Assembly (NCBI GenBank): GCA_043798375.1
Contig: JAZDOS010000029.1
Location: forward strand, 62,955 to 126,954
Source: Candidatus Omnitrophota bacterium
Lineage (GTDB): Bacteria > Omnitrophota > Gorgyraeia > 2-01-FULL-45-10
Direction of reading: 5' to 3'
Length of the DNA: 64,000 bases
Shown: in pieces, positions 27,463 to 35,975 of the stretch
How the letters are laid out: every line of letters starts with the position of its first letter
Numbering within the stretch: position 1 is the first letter of the stretch
Notes under the pieces: model-generated
The model's database searches: none
Told to the model about the DNA's origin: nothing
The model's input: only the letters and a program-made list of their open reading frames with translations
Translations under genes and position numbers: made by a program

Positions 27463-27791
27463 GGAAGATAATGGTTTGTGCGCCAATATTTGCGCTGGCC
27501 TTGATTTGCGGATGTTCCGTGATCCAGGTGCCGAATGCGGAGGACGTCATCAGCCATCCTCTCGGAACCGAATCGATAAAGATAGGGATGTCCAAAGACG
27601 AGGTCGAATCTATTTGGGGTAAGCCCAACGATGTCAGGATGGTTGAGAATAAGGAGAAGTGGCAAGGGGCGGCCCATGAAGTGTGGATCTACCGCGCCCA
27701 GTACGGCTCTATACCTGTCGACGCCGGATACCTCTCTAAAACCAAGAAGCTCTACTTCGACGGCAACAATCTGACCGAAATAGGGGAATAG
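27459..27791 (+). CDS. SmpA/BamE-like lipoprotein
   Basis: Lipobox LICG-C; IKIGMSKDEV..IWGKP, VWIY, LYFD. Confidence 0.7.
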   Translation: MRKIMVCAPIFALALICGCSVIQVPNAEDVISHPLGTESIKIGMSKDEVESIWGKPNDVRMVENKEKWQGAAHEVWIYRAQYGSIPVDAGYLSKTKKLYFDGNNLTEIGE

Positions 27792-27800
27792 GCGGCTACA

Positions 27801-28169
27801 ATGATGAGAATGATGTGCAAATCAAAAATACACAGGGCCGTCCTGACAAAGGTCGACCTTCACTACGAAGGCAGCATAGGCATCGATAAAAACCTTCTCG
27901 AAATAGCCGATATCCATCCCGGCGAGATCGTCCAGGTCGTGAACGTAAATAACGGCGCGCGGTTTGAGACATACGCGATAGAAGAAAAGGCCGGCTCAGG
28001 TGAAATCGGCCTGTATGGAGCGGCGGCGCATCTTGGAAAGGCAGGCGATATAGCCATAATCCTGTCCTACGCGCTTGTTGAGGATAAAGAGGCAAAATCG
28101 ATGAAGGTCAGGGTCGTGCGTGTAGGCCAAAACAACAAACCCGTCAAAAGTCAGGCATGTCAGCATTAA
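27801..28169 (+). CDS. panD: Aspartate 1-decarboxylase
   Basis: KSKIHRA, YEG/SI self-cleavage site, [14 protein letters not shown]. Confidence 0.97.
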   Translation: MMRMMCKSKIHRAVLTKVDLHYEGSIGIDKNLLEIADIHPGEIVQVVNVNNGARFETYAIEEKAGSGEIGLYGAAAHLGKAGDIAIILSYALVEDKEAKSMKVRVVRVGQNNKPVKSQACQH

Positions 28170-28672
28170 AGATCAGGATATTCCCCGATTCAATTCTTCG
28201 TAAAAAGGCAAAGAAGGTCCCGCATATAGGCGACATCGAAAAAAAAGAGCTCTCCGAAATGGCCAAGGCGATGTATCTTGCCAGGGGCGTCGGGCTTGCG
28301 GCCGTCCAGGTCGGCATAGACAAGCAGCTTGCCGTTATCGATATAGGCGACGGCCTTATCAAGATGGCCAATCCCGCAATAATGAAGAAAGAGGGCAGCC
28401 TTGCCCTGGAAGAAGGGTGCCTCAGCGTACCGGAGGTATACGTGAAGGTGAGGAGGGCTAACTCTATCATTGTCAATTACTTGAATGAATCAGGCGAGGC
28501 TATGCAGCTCCGGGCTACGGGGCTTCTCGCAAGGGCCGTTCAACATGAAATAGACCACCTTTGCGGCACACTTATCATAGATTACACAAACCCCGTAAAA
28601 AAGATGATTATCAAACGAAGGCTTTCCAGGAAGAAGCCGAGCCGGGGACAAAATAACACGGGGACAAAATAA
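28157..28672 (+). CDS. def: Peptide deformylase
   Basis: [24 protein letters not shown]. Confidence 0.97.
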   Translation: MSALKIRIFPDSILRKKAKKVPHIGDIEKKELSEMAKAMYLARGVGLAAVQVGIDKQLAVIDIGDGLIKMANPAIMKKEGSLALEEGCLSVPEVYVKVRRANSIIVNYLNESGEAMQLRATGLLARAVQHEIDHLCGTLIIDYTNPVKKMIIKRRLSRKKPSRGQNNTGTK

Positions 28673-28703
28673 CCTTGACAAATCAGGGCTTATATGCTAT
28701 ATT
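28643..28703 (+). promoter_or_regulatory. 2 x cggggacaaaataac direct repeat followed by the cold-shock gene promoter
   Basis: Repeat with 16-bp period at 28643-28673; TTGACA(28675)-17-TATATT(28698). Confidence 0.7.
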
Positions 28704-28817
28704 TTAAGCAATTGTAAGCGAGTATATTTGGTGAAGAAGATTTACATCTAAAATATATGCCATTTGAAGCTTTAAAAAGCTTTGGGTGGCATTTTTTGAT
28801 GGGGGGTGAAAGGATAG

Positions 28818-29021
28818 ATGGCACAGGGAACGGTAAAATGGTTCAATGATAAGAAGGGTTTCGGGTTCATAGTAGCCGATACCGGTAAAGACGTATTTGT
28901 CCACCACTCCGCTATCGAGGGTGAAGGCTATAAAAGCTTGAAAGAAGGGGATAAGGTCCAGTTTGAGATCGTAACTGGCCCAAAGGGTGAGCAGGCGACA
29001 AAGGTCGTAAAGCTATCCTAA
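28818..29021 (+). CDS. cspA: Cold-shock protein
   Basis: [29 protein letters not shown]. Confidence 0.95.
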   Translation: MAQGTVKWFNDKKGFGFIVADTGKDVFVHHSAIEGEGYKSLKEGDKVQFEIVTGPKGEQATKVVKLS

Positions 29022-29040
29022 TATTCTTATGCTTCGACGC

Positions 29041-29088
29041 ATCCCGCCGAAGCATTTACTCTATTGCCGGTTGATTGCGAAGGCGGAT
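29041..29088 (+). repeat. CCGCCGAAGC...GCGAAGGCGGAT REP-like element, copy 2
   Basis: ccgccgaagca....ctctattgc.......ttgcgaaggcggat shared with 21568-21614. Confidence 0.8.
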
Positions 29089-29166
29089 GAGGGCTTCTCA
29101 TCGAAAACCGTCGGTTTCAGGGGAAGGACTGTTTCTAATAGGGCTTACCGGGGGATAGATAATTGT

Positions 29167-29613
29167 ATGGAGCTATATCAAAAGATTGAGGAAGATGTCA
29201 GGCTGGCGCTGAAAAAAGGCGAAGCTGTCAAATTGTCGGTCTTAAGGATGCTCTTGTCGGAGGTAAAAATGTTCGAGATCGAGAAGAGCGTCAAGAGGGC
29301 CGGTGAGGCGGATATATTGCAGATTATACAGCGCCAGATAAAGCAGCATAAGGATTCCATAGAGCAGTTCGAGAAGGGTAAACGCGCTGATCTCGCCGGT
29401 AAAGAGCTGGATGAGCTCAAGATCCTCGAGTCTTACATGCCTGAACAGATGGGGGAAGTTGAATTGACGGATATTGTCAGAGAGGCGATAAAGACAAGCG
29501 GCGCGGCGACCAAATCTGAGGTCGGCAAGGTCATGAAAATAGCCATGGAAAAGGCAAAAGGAAAAGCTGATGGCAGGGCCGTAAGGGATATTGCCATGAA
29601 GATGCTGAAATAA
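29167..29613 (+). CDS. GatB/YqeY domain protein
   Basis: LSVLRML, KQHKDSIEQF.KG.R.DL..KE..EL.IL..YMP, GKVM, GKADG. Confidence 0.92.
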   Translation: MELYQKIEEDVRLALKKGEAVKLSVLRMLLSEVKMFEIEKSVKRAGEADILQIIQRQIKQHKDSIEQFEKGKRADLAGKELDELKILESYMPEQMGEVELTDIVREAIKTSGAATKSEVGKVMKIAMEKAKGKADGRAVRDIAMKMLK

Positions 29614-29689
29614 TGCGAGAGGATATATTTATTCTCTTGCTATAAGAATGGTTTTATAGTAATATAAGTTCATACGAAAGGAGGGAAAG

Positions 29690-30085
29690 ATGAAAAGTAA
29701 ATTATTCACATGCGCGTGTGTCGCATTGGCTTTGTCTTTTATGCTAACAGGCATATCCTATTCCGCGCCGGAAAAAGAGACAGCCGGCGCTAAGGCAAAA
29801 AGTTTCTGGCAAAAGCTTTTCAACTATCCGGCTAATGTGACGAATGAATCAGTCGCAGTCGTTTCGGATACCGCGAAGCGCGGAACGGCCGTAGTGACTA
29901 AAGAGGTTAAGACCGTAGGCCAGGTAACATCCGGAGAAACCGCGAAGACGAAAGAGCTCATTACCGAACCGATAACCGGCACTGCCGAAACTGCGGTAAA
30001 GGCGGTCGAGGAAATGGTTGCCGTTCCTGTAAATGCGGCCAAGGAAGAGCCTCAAGCTGTCCAGCCGCCGGCTGAACAGAAATAA
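29690..30085 (+). CDS. Exported hypothetical protein
   Basis: AAGGAGG SD, signal peptide, Thr/Ala/Val-rich. Confidence 0.75.
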   Translation: MKSKLFTCACVALALSFMLTGISYSAPEKETAGAKAKSFWQKLFNYPANVTNESVAVVSDTAKRGTAVVTKEVKTVGQVTSGETAKTKELITEPITGTAETAVKAVEEMVAVPVNAAKEEPQAVQPPAEQK

Positions 30086-30100
30086 GACAGAACTTGTCTG

Positions 30101-30143
30101 GAAAAAGCCATATTCTTACTTGAAGAGAGGGTATGGCTTTTTC
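30101..30143. terminator. Intrinsic terminator
   Basis: gaaaaagccatattct / agggtatggctttttc. Confidence 0.7.
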
Positions 30144-30177
30144 TACGGCAGCACCGGGTAAACATTAACAAACTATC

Positions 30178-30693
30178 ATGAAATTGCGATCGGTTGCTTT
30201 TTTTACAGCGCCGGCTGTCATCGCGACCATAATATTATACCAGCCGGTCCGGGTTGCTTTTTTTAAGCTGGCCGAACCTTACTTTGCCTGTCCCATCAAG
30301 AGCGATCCGAATAATCTTACGATCAGGAACGATTCGCTCGGCGAAGGCGGTTATGGCGCGAAGAGGCGTAACGGCAGGTTCCATGCCGGCGTGGATATAC
30401 TGGCGAACGTCGGAATACCGGTATACGCTTCGAAAACAGGCCTTGCCTACTTCGGAAATGTCCCGACCGGTTACGGAAAATATGTGATGATTCATCACCC
30501 CGACGGCACCCAGACATTTTATGGCCACCTTTCGGACTGGAACGGAAAGGCGCCAAGAAAAGTGCGTAGGGGCGAGTTGATAGGGTTTGTGGGAAAGACC
30601 GGCAATGCCGCAAATAAGCTCATACAGCCGCACCTGCATTTTGAAATCAGAAAAGACGGGGAGCCCGTCGATCCGCGGGGGCTCATGAGATAA
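30178..30693 (+). CDS. M23 family metallopeptidase
   Basis: HAGVD, YGHL, PHLHFEIR (Zn ligands intact). Confidence 0.92.
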   Translation: MKLRSVAFFTAPAVIATIILYQPVRVAFFKLAEPYFACPIKSDPNNLTIRNDSLGEGGYGAKRRNGRFHAGVDILANVGIPVYASKTGLAYFGNVPTGYGKYVMIHHPDGTQTFYGHLSDWNGKAPRKVRRGELIGFVGKTGNAANKLIQPHLHFEIRKDGEPVDPRGLMR

Positions 30694-30709
30694 AAGTGGA
30701 GGGTATGAT

Positions 30710-30847
30710 ATGAAAACAGTTGCCATTATCTCGATAATGATATTTTTATGCCTTGGATTAACCGGGTGCGGCGAAACCATTTCCGGCGCAGGAAAGGATG
30801 TCAACAGGATGGGTAAGGGGGTTTCCACCTTCTTCTTCAGGCAGTAA
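30710..30847 (+). CDS. Entericidin-like small lipoprotein, 45 aa (not in ORF track)
   Basis: GGAGG SD; MKTVAIISIMIFLCLGLTG-CGETISGAGKDVNRMGKGVSTFFFRQ. Confidence 0.75.
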   Translation: MKTVAIISIMIFLCLGLTGCGETISGAGKDVNRMGKGVSTFFFRQ

Positions 30848-30860
30848 TAACAGGGTTCAT

Positions 30861-31574
30861 ATGTCAATACGTTTAAGAGAAGTTGACAGCGTAAACATAC
30901 TCGATATCGAAGGCAAAATCGATATCAACTCATCGGATCTCATAGAGATGGTGGGTTGGCTTGTCAATTCCGGCAAGGTGAACATAATCTTCAACCTCGA
31001 AAACACCGACACCGTAGATTATAACGGCCTCTCGATACTGTCCATAGCATACAAAAACGTAACGAACCATAAAGGCAGATTGAAACTGATCAATGTCCCG
31101 CTATCCGTCATCGAACTTCTGAAGGCGGTAAAGCTTGAGGCCGTCTTTGAGATATACGCCGAGGAGGATGCCGCCGTCAGCAGTTTTTTTGACGAGGGGA
31201 TAGACAAGCTCTCCTTAAGAAGGAGATTTCAGCGCCTTGAAATCCATCTGAATGTTTTGTACGGGATAGCCGGCGGCCAAAAGAAGCCGAAGCTATTTGA
31301 CGGGAAAGTACTCAACTTGAGCGCCGCCGGAATCTATATCTACACCCCGTATACTTTCCCCATAAACAGCATGCTCGACCTGGAACTCAATGTGCCGGGC
31401 ATGGGTAAATCTCTCGGGGCCACAGGGAAGGTAAGCTGGCTTGCCGATAAGGAGATACAGCCGCATGCCTATCCCGGGATGGGCGTATCTTTTGTGCACC
31501 TTACCCCGGAAAAAGAGAAGGCGATAGCCGACTTCATAGAAAAAAATGTAACGCACAGGGCCGACTCGTTATGA
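30861..31574 (+). CDS. STAS-PilZ fusion protein
   Basis: STAS: ILDIEGKID...IIFNLEN.D.VDYNGL...V.ELL..VKL..VF.IY..E..AV; PilZ: RRRFQR, NLSAAG, GKVSW, GMGVSF. Confidence 0.85.
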   Translation: MSIRLREVDSVNILDIEGKIDINSSDLIEMVGWLVNSGKVNIIFNLENTDTVDYNGLSILSIAYKNVTNHKGRLKLINVPLSVIELLKAVKLEAVFEIYAEEDAAVSSFFDEGIDKLSLRRRFQRLEIHLNVLYGIAGGQKKPKLFDGKVLNLSAAGIYIYTPYTFPINSMLDLELNVPGMGKSLGATGKVSWLADKEIQPHAYPGMGVSFVHLTPEKEKAIADFIEKNVTHRADSL

Positions 31575-32473
31575 GCCCCGACGCCAAAATCGAGTCAAAA
31601 AATAACATCCTTGCGGCCGCGCGGACCGAAAAAGGCCTTGCGGGATGCGATTTGAAAAAAGCGGACCTTTCGCAAGCCGATCTGTCGGGAGCGCATATGT
31701 TCGATGCCTGCCTGGAAGGGGCCAGTCTCGTAGGCGTAAATCTAGCCGGCTGCGACCTTACTCACTGCAACATGGCCAACGCGGATCTCACGAAGGCAAA
31801 TCTTACCGGCGCAAGGCTGTGGAACGCGGACCTGTCCGGCGCCAATCTTACGGAGTGCGATCTCACCGGAGCCGACCTGTGGAACGCCAAACTTTTCAAT
31901 GTTAAATTATGGCAGGCGAATTTTGAAAGGGCGAAGTCCATTTCAAGGAGAAGTTTTTCCAGCCAGGCGGGGTTGCTCGACAGTGTAAAAATAAACGAGA
32001 CGGGCTCGGCCCAGGCGGAGGATTCCTACAGAAACCTTAAAGCCTACTTCATGGCCCGGGGGATGTATAATGACGCCGGCTGGGCGTCGTTTAAAGAGAA
32101 GGTCATGGAGAGGTTCTCCTTAAAAAAGAGCGGTAATTTGAAATATTTCCCGAGCCTCGCCATGAGCGCGTTGTGCGGTTACGGTGAGAAGCCCTTCAGG
32201 ATAATATTCGCCTCGCTATTCACCATAATTTTATTCGCCCTGTTCTTCTATTCGCATAACGCGATAGAATATACGGGTATCCGGGAATCGCCGCTTCGGT
32301 GGGGCGATTACCTATATTACAGCACAATAACGTTCACTACCGTCGGTTACGGCGATATCGTCCCAAAACCGCAAACCCTGTTCAGGCTCATGGCCGCCTT
32401 CGAAGCCTTTATGGGGGTATTTTTGACCGGATTATTCATATTTACATTGGCGCGCAAGTACTCCGCCAGGTAG
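31571..32473 (+). CDS. Pentapeptide-repeat protein fused to a 2-TM K+ channel pore
   Basis: A(D/N)LxG repeats; YYSTITFTTVGYGD selectivity filter. Confidence 0.88.
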   Translation: MSPDAKIESKNNILAAARTEKGLAGCDLKKADLSQADLSGAHMFDACLEGASLVGVNLAGCDLTHCNMANADLTKANLTGARLWNADLSGANLTECDLTGADLWNAKLFNVKLWQANFERAKSISRRSFSSQAGLLDSVKINETGSAQAEDSYRNLKAYFMARGMYNDAGWASFKEKVMERFSLKKSGNLKYFPSLAMSALCGYGEKPFRIIFASLFTIILFALFFYSHNAIEYTGIRESPLRWGDYLYYSTITFTTVGYGDIVPKPQTLFRLMAAFEAFMGVFLTGLFIFTLARKYSAR

Positions 32474-32479
32474 ACAAAG

Positions 32480-33433
32480 ATGTCCCCGCAAAACCGTAAA
32501 CTTCCACTCCTGAAGAAAATAAACAGCGATCTTGAGGGCGCGTTAAAGATTTGCGCGATATGCCCGCGTAAGTGCGGCGTGGACCGGGCAAGGGGCGAAT
32601 TGGGATGGTGCCGCGCGGGCCTGAGGCCTAAAATCTACAGTTATTCGCCGCACCACGGCGAAGAGCCGCCGCTATCCGGGACGAGGGGTTCGGGCACGAT
32701 ATTTTTTTCCGGCTGCAATATGAAATGCGCTTATTGCCAGAATTATTATTTCAGCCAGCTCGACAAAGGCATGGAGGTGACGATCGATAAGCTTGCGGCG
32801 ATGATGCTTGGCCTCCAGAAAAAGGGGTGCCACAATATAAACCTTGTCACTCCGACGCATTACGCCGTACAGATACTTCAGGCGCTGGAGATAGCGATAG
32901 CAAAGGGGCTCGATATTCCAATCGTATATAATACAAGCGGCTATGAGCTTCCGGAGATGATAAAGCGGCTTCGCGGCATCATAGATATATACCTTCCGGA
33001 CATGCGCTATTCCGACGATAGGGCAGCCTGTCGCTATTCCGAAGCCGTAAAATATGTGGAATACAATAGAAACAGCGTCAAAGAGATGCAGGCCCAGGTG
33101 GGCGACCTTGTTTTGGACGACGAGGGAATCGCCAAAAAGGGGCTTATCATAAGGCTTTTGGCTTTGCCGGAAGGCCTCTCGGGAACTATCGAGTCTTTGA
33201 AATTTATAAAGGATAGTATATCCAAAAATGCGCGTTTGAGCATTATGAGCCAATATTACCCCACATTTAAAGCTTATGATTATAAGGAGATTTCAAGAGG
33301 CGTAACTATAGATGAGTACGAGTTTATAGTTGACGAGGCAAGGCAATTGCGGTTAAATAAGGGATGGGTGCAGGAAGCCCCGGGAGGATTCGATCCCCGG
33401 TTTTTAGGCACGAGCATAAACCCCAATATATAA
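32480..33433 (+). CDS. Radical SAM protein (PflX-like)
   Basis: CAICPRKC, HHGEEPPLSG..GSGTIFF.GCNMKCAYCQN. Confidence 0.9.
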   Translation: MSPQNRKLPLLKKINSDLEGALKICAICPRKCGVDRARGELGWCRAGLRPKIYSYSPHHGEEPPLSGTRGSGTIFFSGCNMKCAYCQNYYFSQLDKGMEVTIDKLAAMMLGLQKKGCHNINLVTPTHYAVQILQALEIAIAKGLDIPIVYNTSGYELPEMIKRLRGIIDIYLPDMRYSDDRAACRYSEAVKYVEYNRNSVKEMQAQVGDLVLDDEGIAKKGLIIRLLALPEGLSGTIESLKFIKDSISKNARLSIMSQYYPTFKAYDYKEISRGVTIDEYEFIVDEARQLRLNKGWVQEAPGGFDPRFLGTSINPNI

Positions 33434-33439
33434 AATGAA

Positions 33440-33487
33440 CCCCGCCCTTCCTAAAGAGGCGGGGTGCTTAAGAAAGGAAGGGCGGGG
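33440..33487. mobile_element. 48-bp CCCCG...CGGGG element, TGAA duplication, creates the GTG start of the next gene
   Basis: 13-bp TIR ccccgcccttcct / aggaagggcgggg; tgaa at 33436-33439 and 33488-33491. Confidence 0.75.
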
Positions 33488-34191
33488 TGAAGAAAAAAAC
33501 GATATCTCACGCAAAACAGTTCGAGGCCATCTCAAAGGTAAGTAAGACGATAACGTCGAGCTTATACCTGGAGGACATCCTTAAACTCATAGTCACCGTT
33601 ACCGCCGAGATAATGAACTCGAAAGTTTGTTCCCTCATGCTTATAGATGAAAAGACCGGGGAGCTTGTCCTTAAAGCCACCCAGTCGATGAGCGAGGCTT
33701 ACAATAAGAAGCCGCCTCTTAAGATCGGCGAAGGCATCGCGGGAAAGGTCGCCGAGGAAAATAAGCCCAAGGCTGTCTACGATATCTCCAAAGAGCCGGA
33801 GTATAAATCGAAGAATATCGCCAAAGATGAGGGATTGAGAAGCCTCCTCTCCGTCCCGCTCGCGGTAAAGGGAAGGGTTATAGGCGTGCTGAACAATTAC
33901 ACATCCGAGCCCCATAAATTCACCAAGACGGAGATCAACATACTGACGACCGTCTCCAACCAGGCGGCGATAGTCATAGAGAACGCGGGCCTCGTGGTGA
34001 AGACTAAGATGATACAGGATGAACTTGAAACCAGGAAGGTCGTTGAGAGGGCAAAAGGTATTTTGATGCGCGAACAAAGCATCTCCGAGGCCGACGCGTT
34101 CAGGAAGATCCAGAAACAGTCCATGGACATGAGAAAATCGATGCGCGAAATTGCCGAGGCGATAATATTGATGGAGAAGATGAAGAAATGA
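33487..34191 (+). CDS. GAF-ANTAR RNA-binding antiterminator
   Basis: GAF (GEGIAGKVA, SLLSVPL..KGRVIGVL); ANTAR LETRKVVERAKGILM....SE.DAFRKIQKQSMD.RKSMREIAEAII. Confidence 0.95.
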   Translation: MKKKTISHAKQFEAISKVSKTITSSLYLEDILKLIVTVTAEIMNSKVCSLMLIDEKTGELVLKATQSMSEAYNKKPPLKIGEGIAGKVAEENKPKAVYDISKEPEYKSKNIAKDEGLRSLLSVPLAVKGRVIGVLNNYTSEPHKFTKTEINILTTVSNQAAIVIENAGLVVKTKMIQDELETRKVVERAKGILMREQSISEADAFRKIQKQSMDMRKSMREIAEAIILMEKMKK

Positions 34192-35873
34192 AAGCCCGCA
34201 AGATTAGCATAAGGCTCGCCATCGCGCAGATCAACGCCACCGTCGGCGACATGGACTCGAACTGTAAATCGATCGCCGAATTTATCCGGAAGGCGGAAGG
34301 CCTCGGCGCGGACATAATATCATTTCCGGAACTTGCGATCACGGGCTACCCGCCGGAAGACCTCCTTTTAAAATCGAAATTTATCGACGACAATCTGGCC
34401 GCCTTAAAAAAGATAGCCGGCAAAGTCGGAGATATTACGGCTGTGGTCGGATTCGTCGATAGGGTCAAGTCCGACATCTATAACGCGGCCGCGGTCATAT
34501 ATAAAGGCGAGGTGAAAGGCGTATATCATAAGATATTCCTTCCGAATTACGGCGTCTTTGATGAGAAAAGATATTTTAAGGCCGGCTCGAGCGCCCCCGT
34601 CTTCAGGCTTGGCAAATTGGCCTTCGGAGTAAATATATGCGAAGATATATGGCATAGAGAGGGGCCCCTCGCCGAACAGGCAAAAATCGGCGCGACATTA
34701 ATCATAAATATCAATGCCTCTCCCTATTATGCGGGTAGAATCAAGGAAAGGGAGGATATCGTTAGAAGCCAAGCAAGAACGAACGGTGTATATATTTCAT
34801 ATACGAATCTCGTCGGCGGCCAGGATGAACTCGTCTTTGACGGGCAGAGCATGGTCGTTGATAAAACCGGCAGGATCATTTGCCGCGCCGGGGTATTTTT
34901 GGAAGGCCTGTTAACCGTAGACCTCGATATCGAGACGAAGCTCCTGCGGGGATCCAAAGATACCATCGTAGTCGCGAAAGAGATTGCTTCGAAAACCAGG
35001 CCATCCATCCAAAAAAAGGAAATCAAGACTCTTGAGCCTGTTCCGGAGATATACCGGGCGCTTACCCTGGGACTGAAGGATTACGTTGCAAAAAACGGTT
35101 TCGAGAAGGTTGCCGTCGGCCTTTCGGGCGGTATCGACTCGGCGCTCACGGCCGCATTGGCAGTCGACGCGCTGGGCAAGAATAATACGATCGCGGTATT
35201 CATGCCGTCACGTTATTCATCTTTAAACTCCGAACAAGACGCTAAAGAGCTTGCTTCCAATCTGGGAATAAAACTCATTACCATATCCATAGAGCAGATA
35301 TTCAAGCTTTACCTCATGGCGCTCGAACCGAAGTTTGAGGGCCGCGGAAGGGGTACGGCCGAGGAGAATCTGCAGGCGCGTATCAGGGGCAGCCTTCTCA
35401 TGGCGCTCTCGAATAAATTCGGATGGATGGTGCTCGCCACCGGCAATAAGTCGGAGATGTCCACCGGTTACGCTACCCTGTATGGGGACATGGCCGGCGG
35501 CTTTGCGGTGATCAAGGATGTTTACAAAACGATGGTATATAAACTCGCTAAATACAGGAATTCGATAAATAAGGCCATACCCGATTCAATAATCGAGAAG
35601 GAGCCGACAGCCGAGTTGAAACCAAATCAAAGGGACACGGATACCCTGCCGCCTTATGATATGCTGGATGATATCCTGAAATTGTACGTCGAAAAGGACA
35701 GGGGATTAAGCGAGATAATTGAAGCGGGTTTCGATAAGGATACCGTCATAAAGGTCCTCGACATGGTAGACAAAAGCGAGTACAAGAGGAGGCAGTCGCC
35801 GCCAGGGATAAAGATCACCCCAAAAGCCTTCGGCAAAGACAGGCGCATGCCGATCACGAATAAATACAAATAG
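34188..35873 (+). CDS. nadE: Glutamine-dependent NAD+ synthetase
   Basis: Nitrilase domain (FPEL, ICEDIW); GLSGGIDS, ENLQARIRG, TGNKSE, YATLYGD, EYKRRQ. Confidence 0.97.
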   Translation: MKARKISIRLAIAQINATVGDMDSNCKSIAEFIRKAEGLGADIISFPELAITGYPPEDLLLKSKFIDDNLAALKKIAGKVGDITAVVGFVDRVKSDIYNAAAVIYKGEVKGVYHKIFLPNYGVFDEKRYFKAGSSAPVFRLGKLAFGVNICEDIWHREGPLAEQAKIGATLIININASPYYAGRIKEREDIVRSQARTNGVYISYTNLVGGQDELVFDGQSMVVDKTGRIICRAGVFLEGLLTVDLDIETKLLRGSKDTIVVAKEIASKTRPSIQKKEIKTLEPVPEIYRALTLGLKDYVAKNGFEKVAVGLSGGIDSALTAALAVDALGKNNTIAVFMPSRYSSLNSEQDAKELASNLGIKLITISIEQIFKLYLMALEPKFEGRGRGTAEENLQARIRGSLLMALSNKFGWMVLATGNKSEMSTGYATLYGDMAGGFAVIKDVYKTMVYKLAKYRNSINKAIPDSIIEKEPTAELKPNQRDTDTLPPYDMLDDILKLYVEKDRGLSEIIEAGFDKDTVIKVLDMVDKSEYKRRQSPPGIKITPKAFGKDRRMPITNKYK

Positions 35874-35888
35874 CGCGTCAGATTTTTG

Positions 35889-35916
35889 TTGCAATTTATT
35901 TTAATACGTATATAAT
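35889..35916 (+). promoter_or_regulatory. Probable promoter of the transporter/energy cluster
   Basis: TTGCAA-16-TATAAT. Confidence 0.5.
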
Positions 35917-35975
35917 ACTTTCCATCATCCCCTGGGGATAGGCTAGGGGATATTTTTTAACGGGTAAGAAATAAG

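Noticed and set aside
29029-29166. N-terminal extension of YqeY given in the ORF track
   Set aside because: It reads through a REP element; family similarity begins at the ATG at 29167.
35917-35975. c-di-AMP (ydaO) riboswitch before the KimA-like gene
   Set aside because: The leader is too short and shows only one simple hairpin (atcccctgg/ctaggggat).
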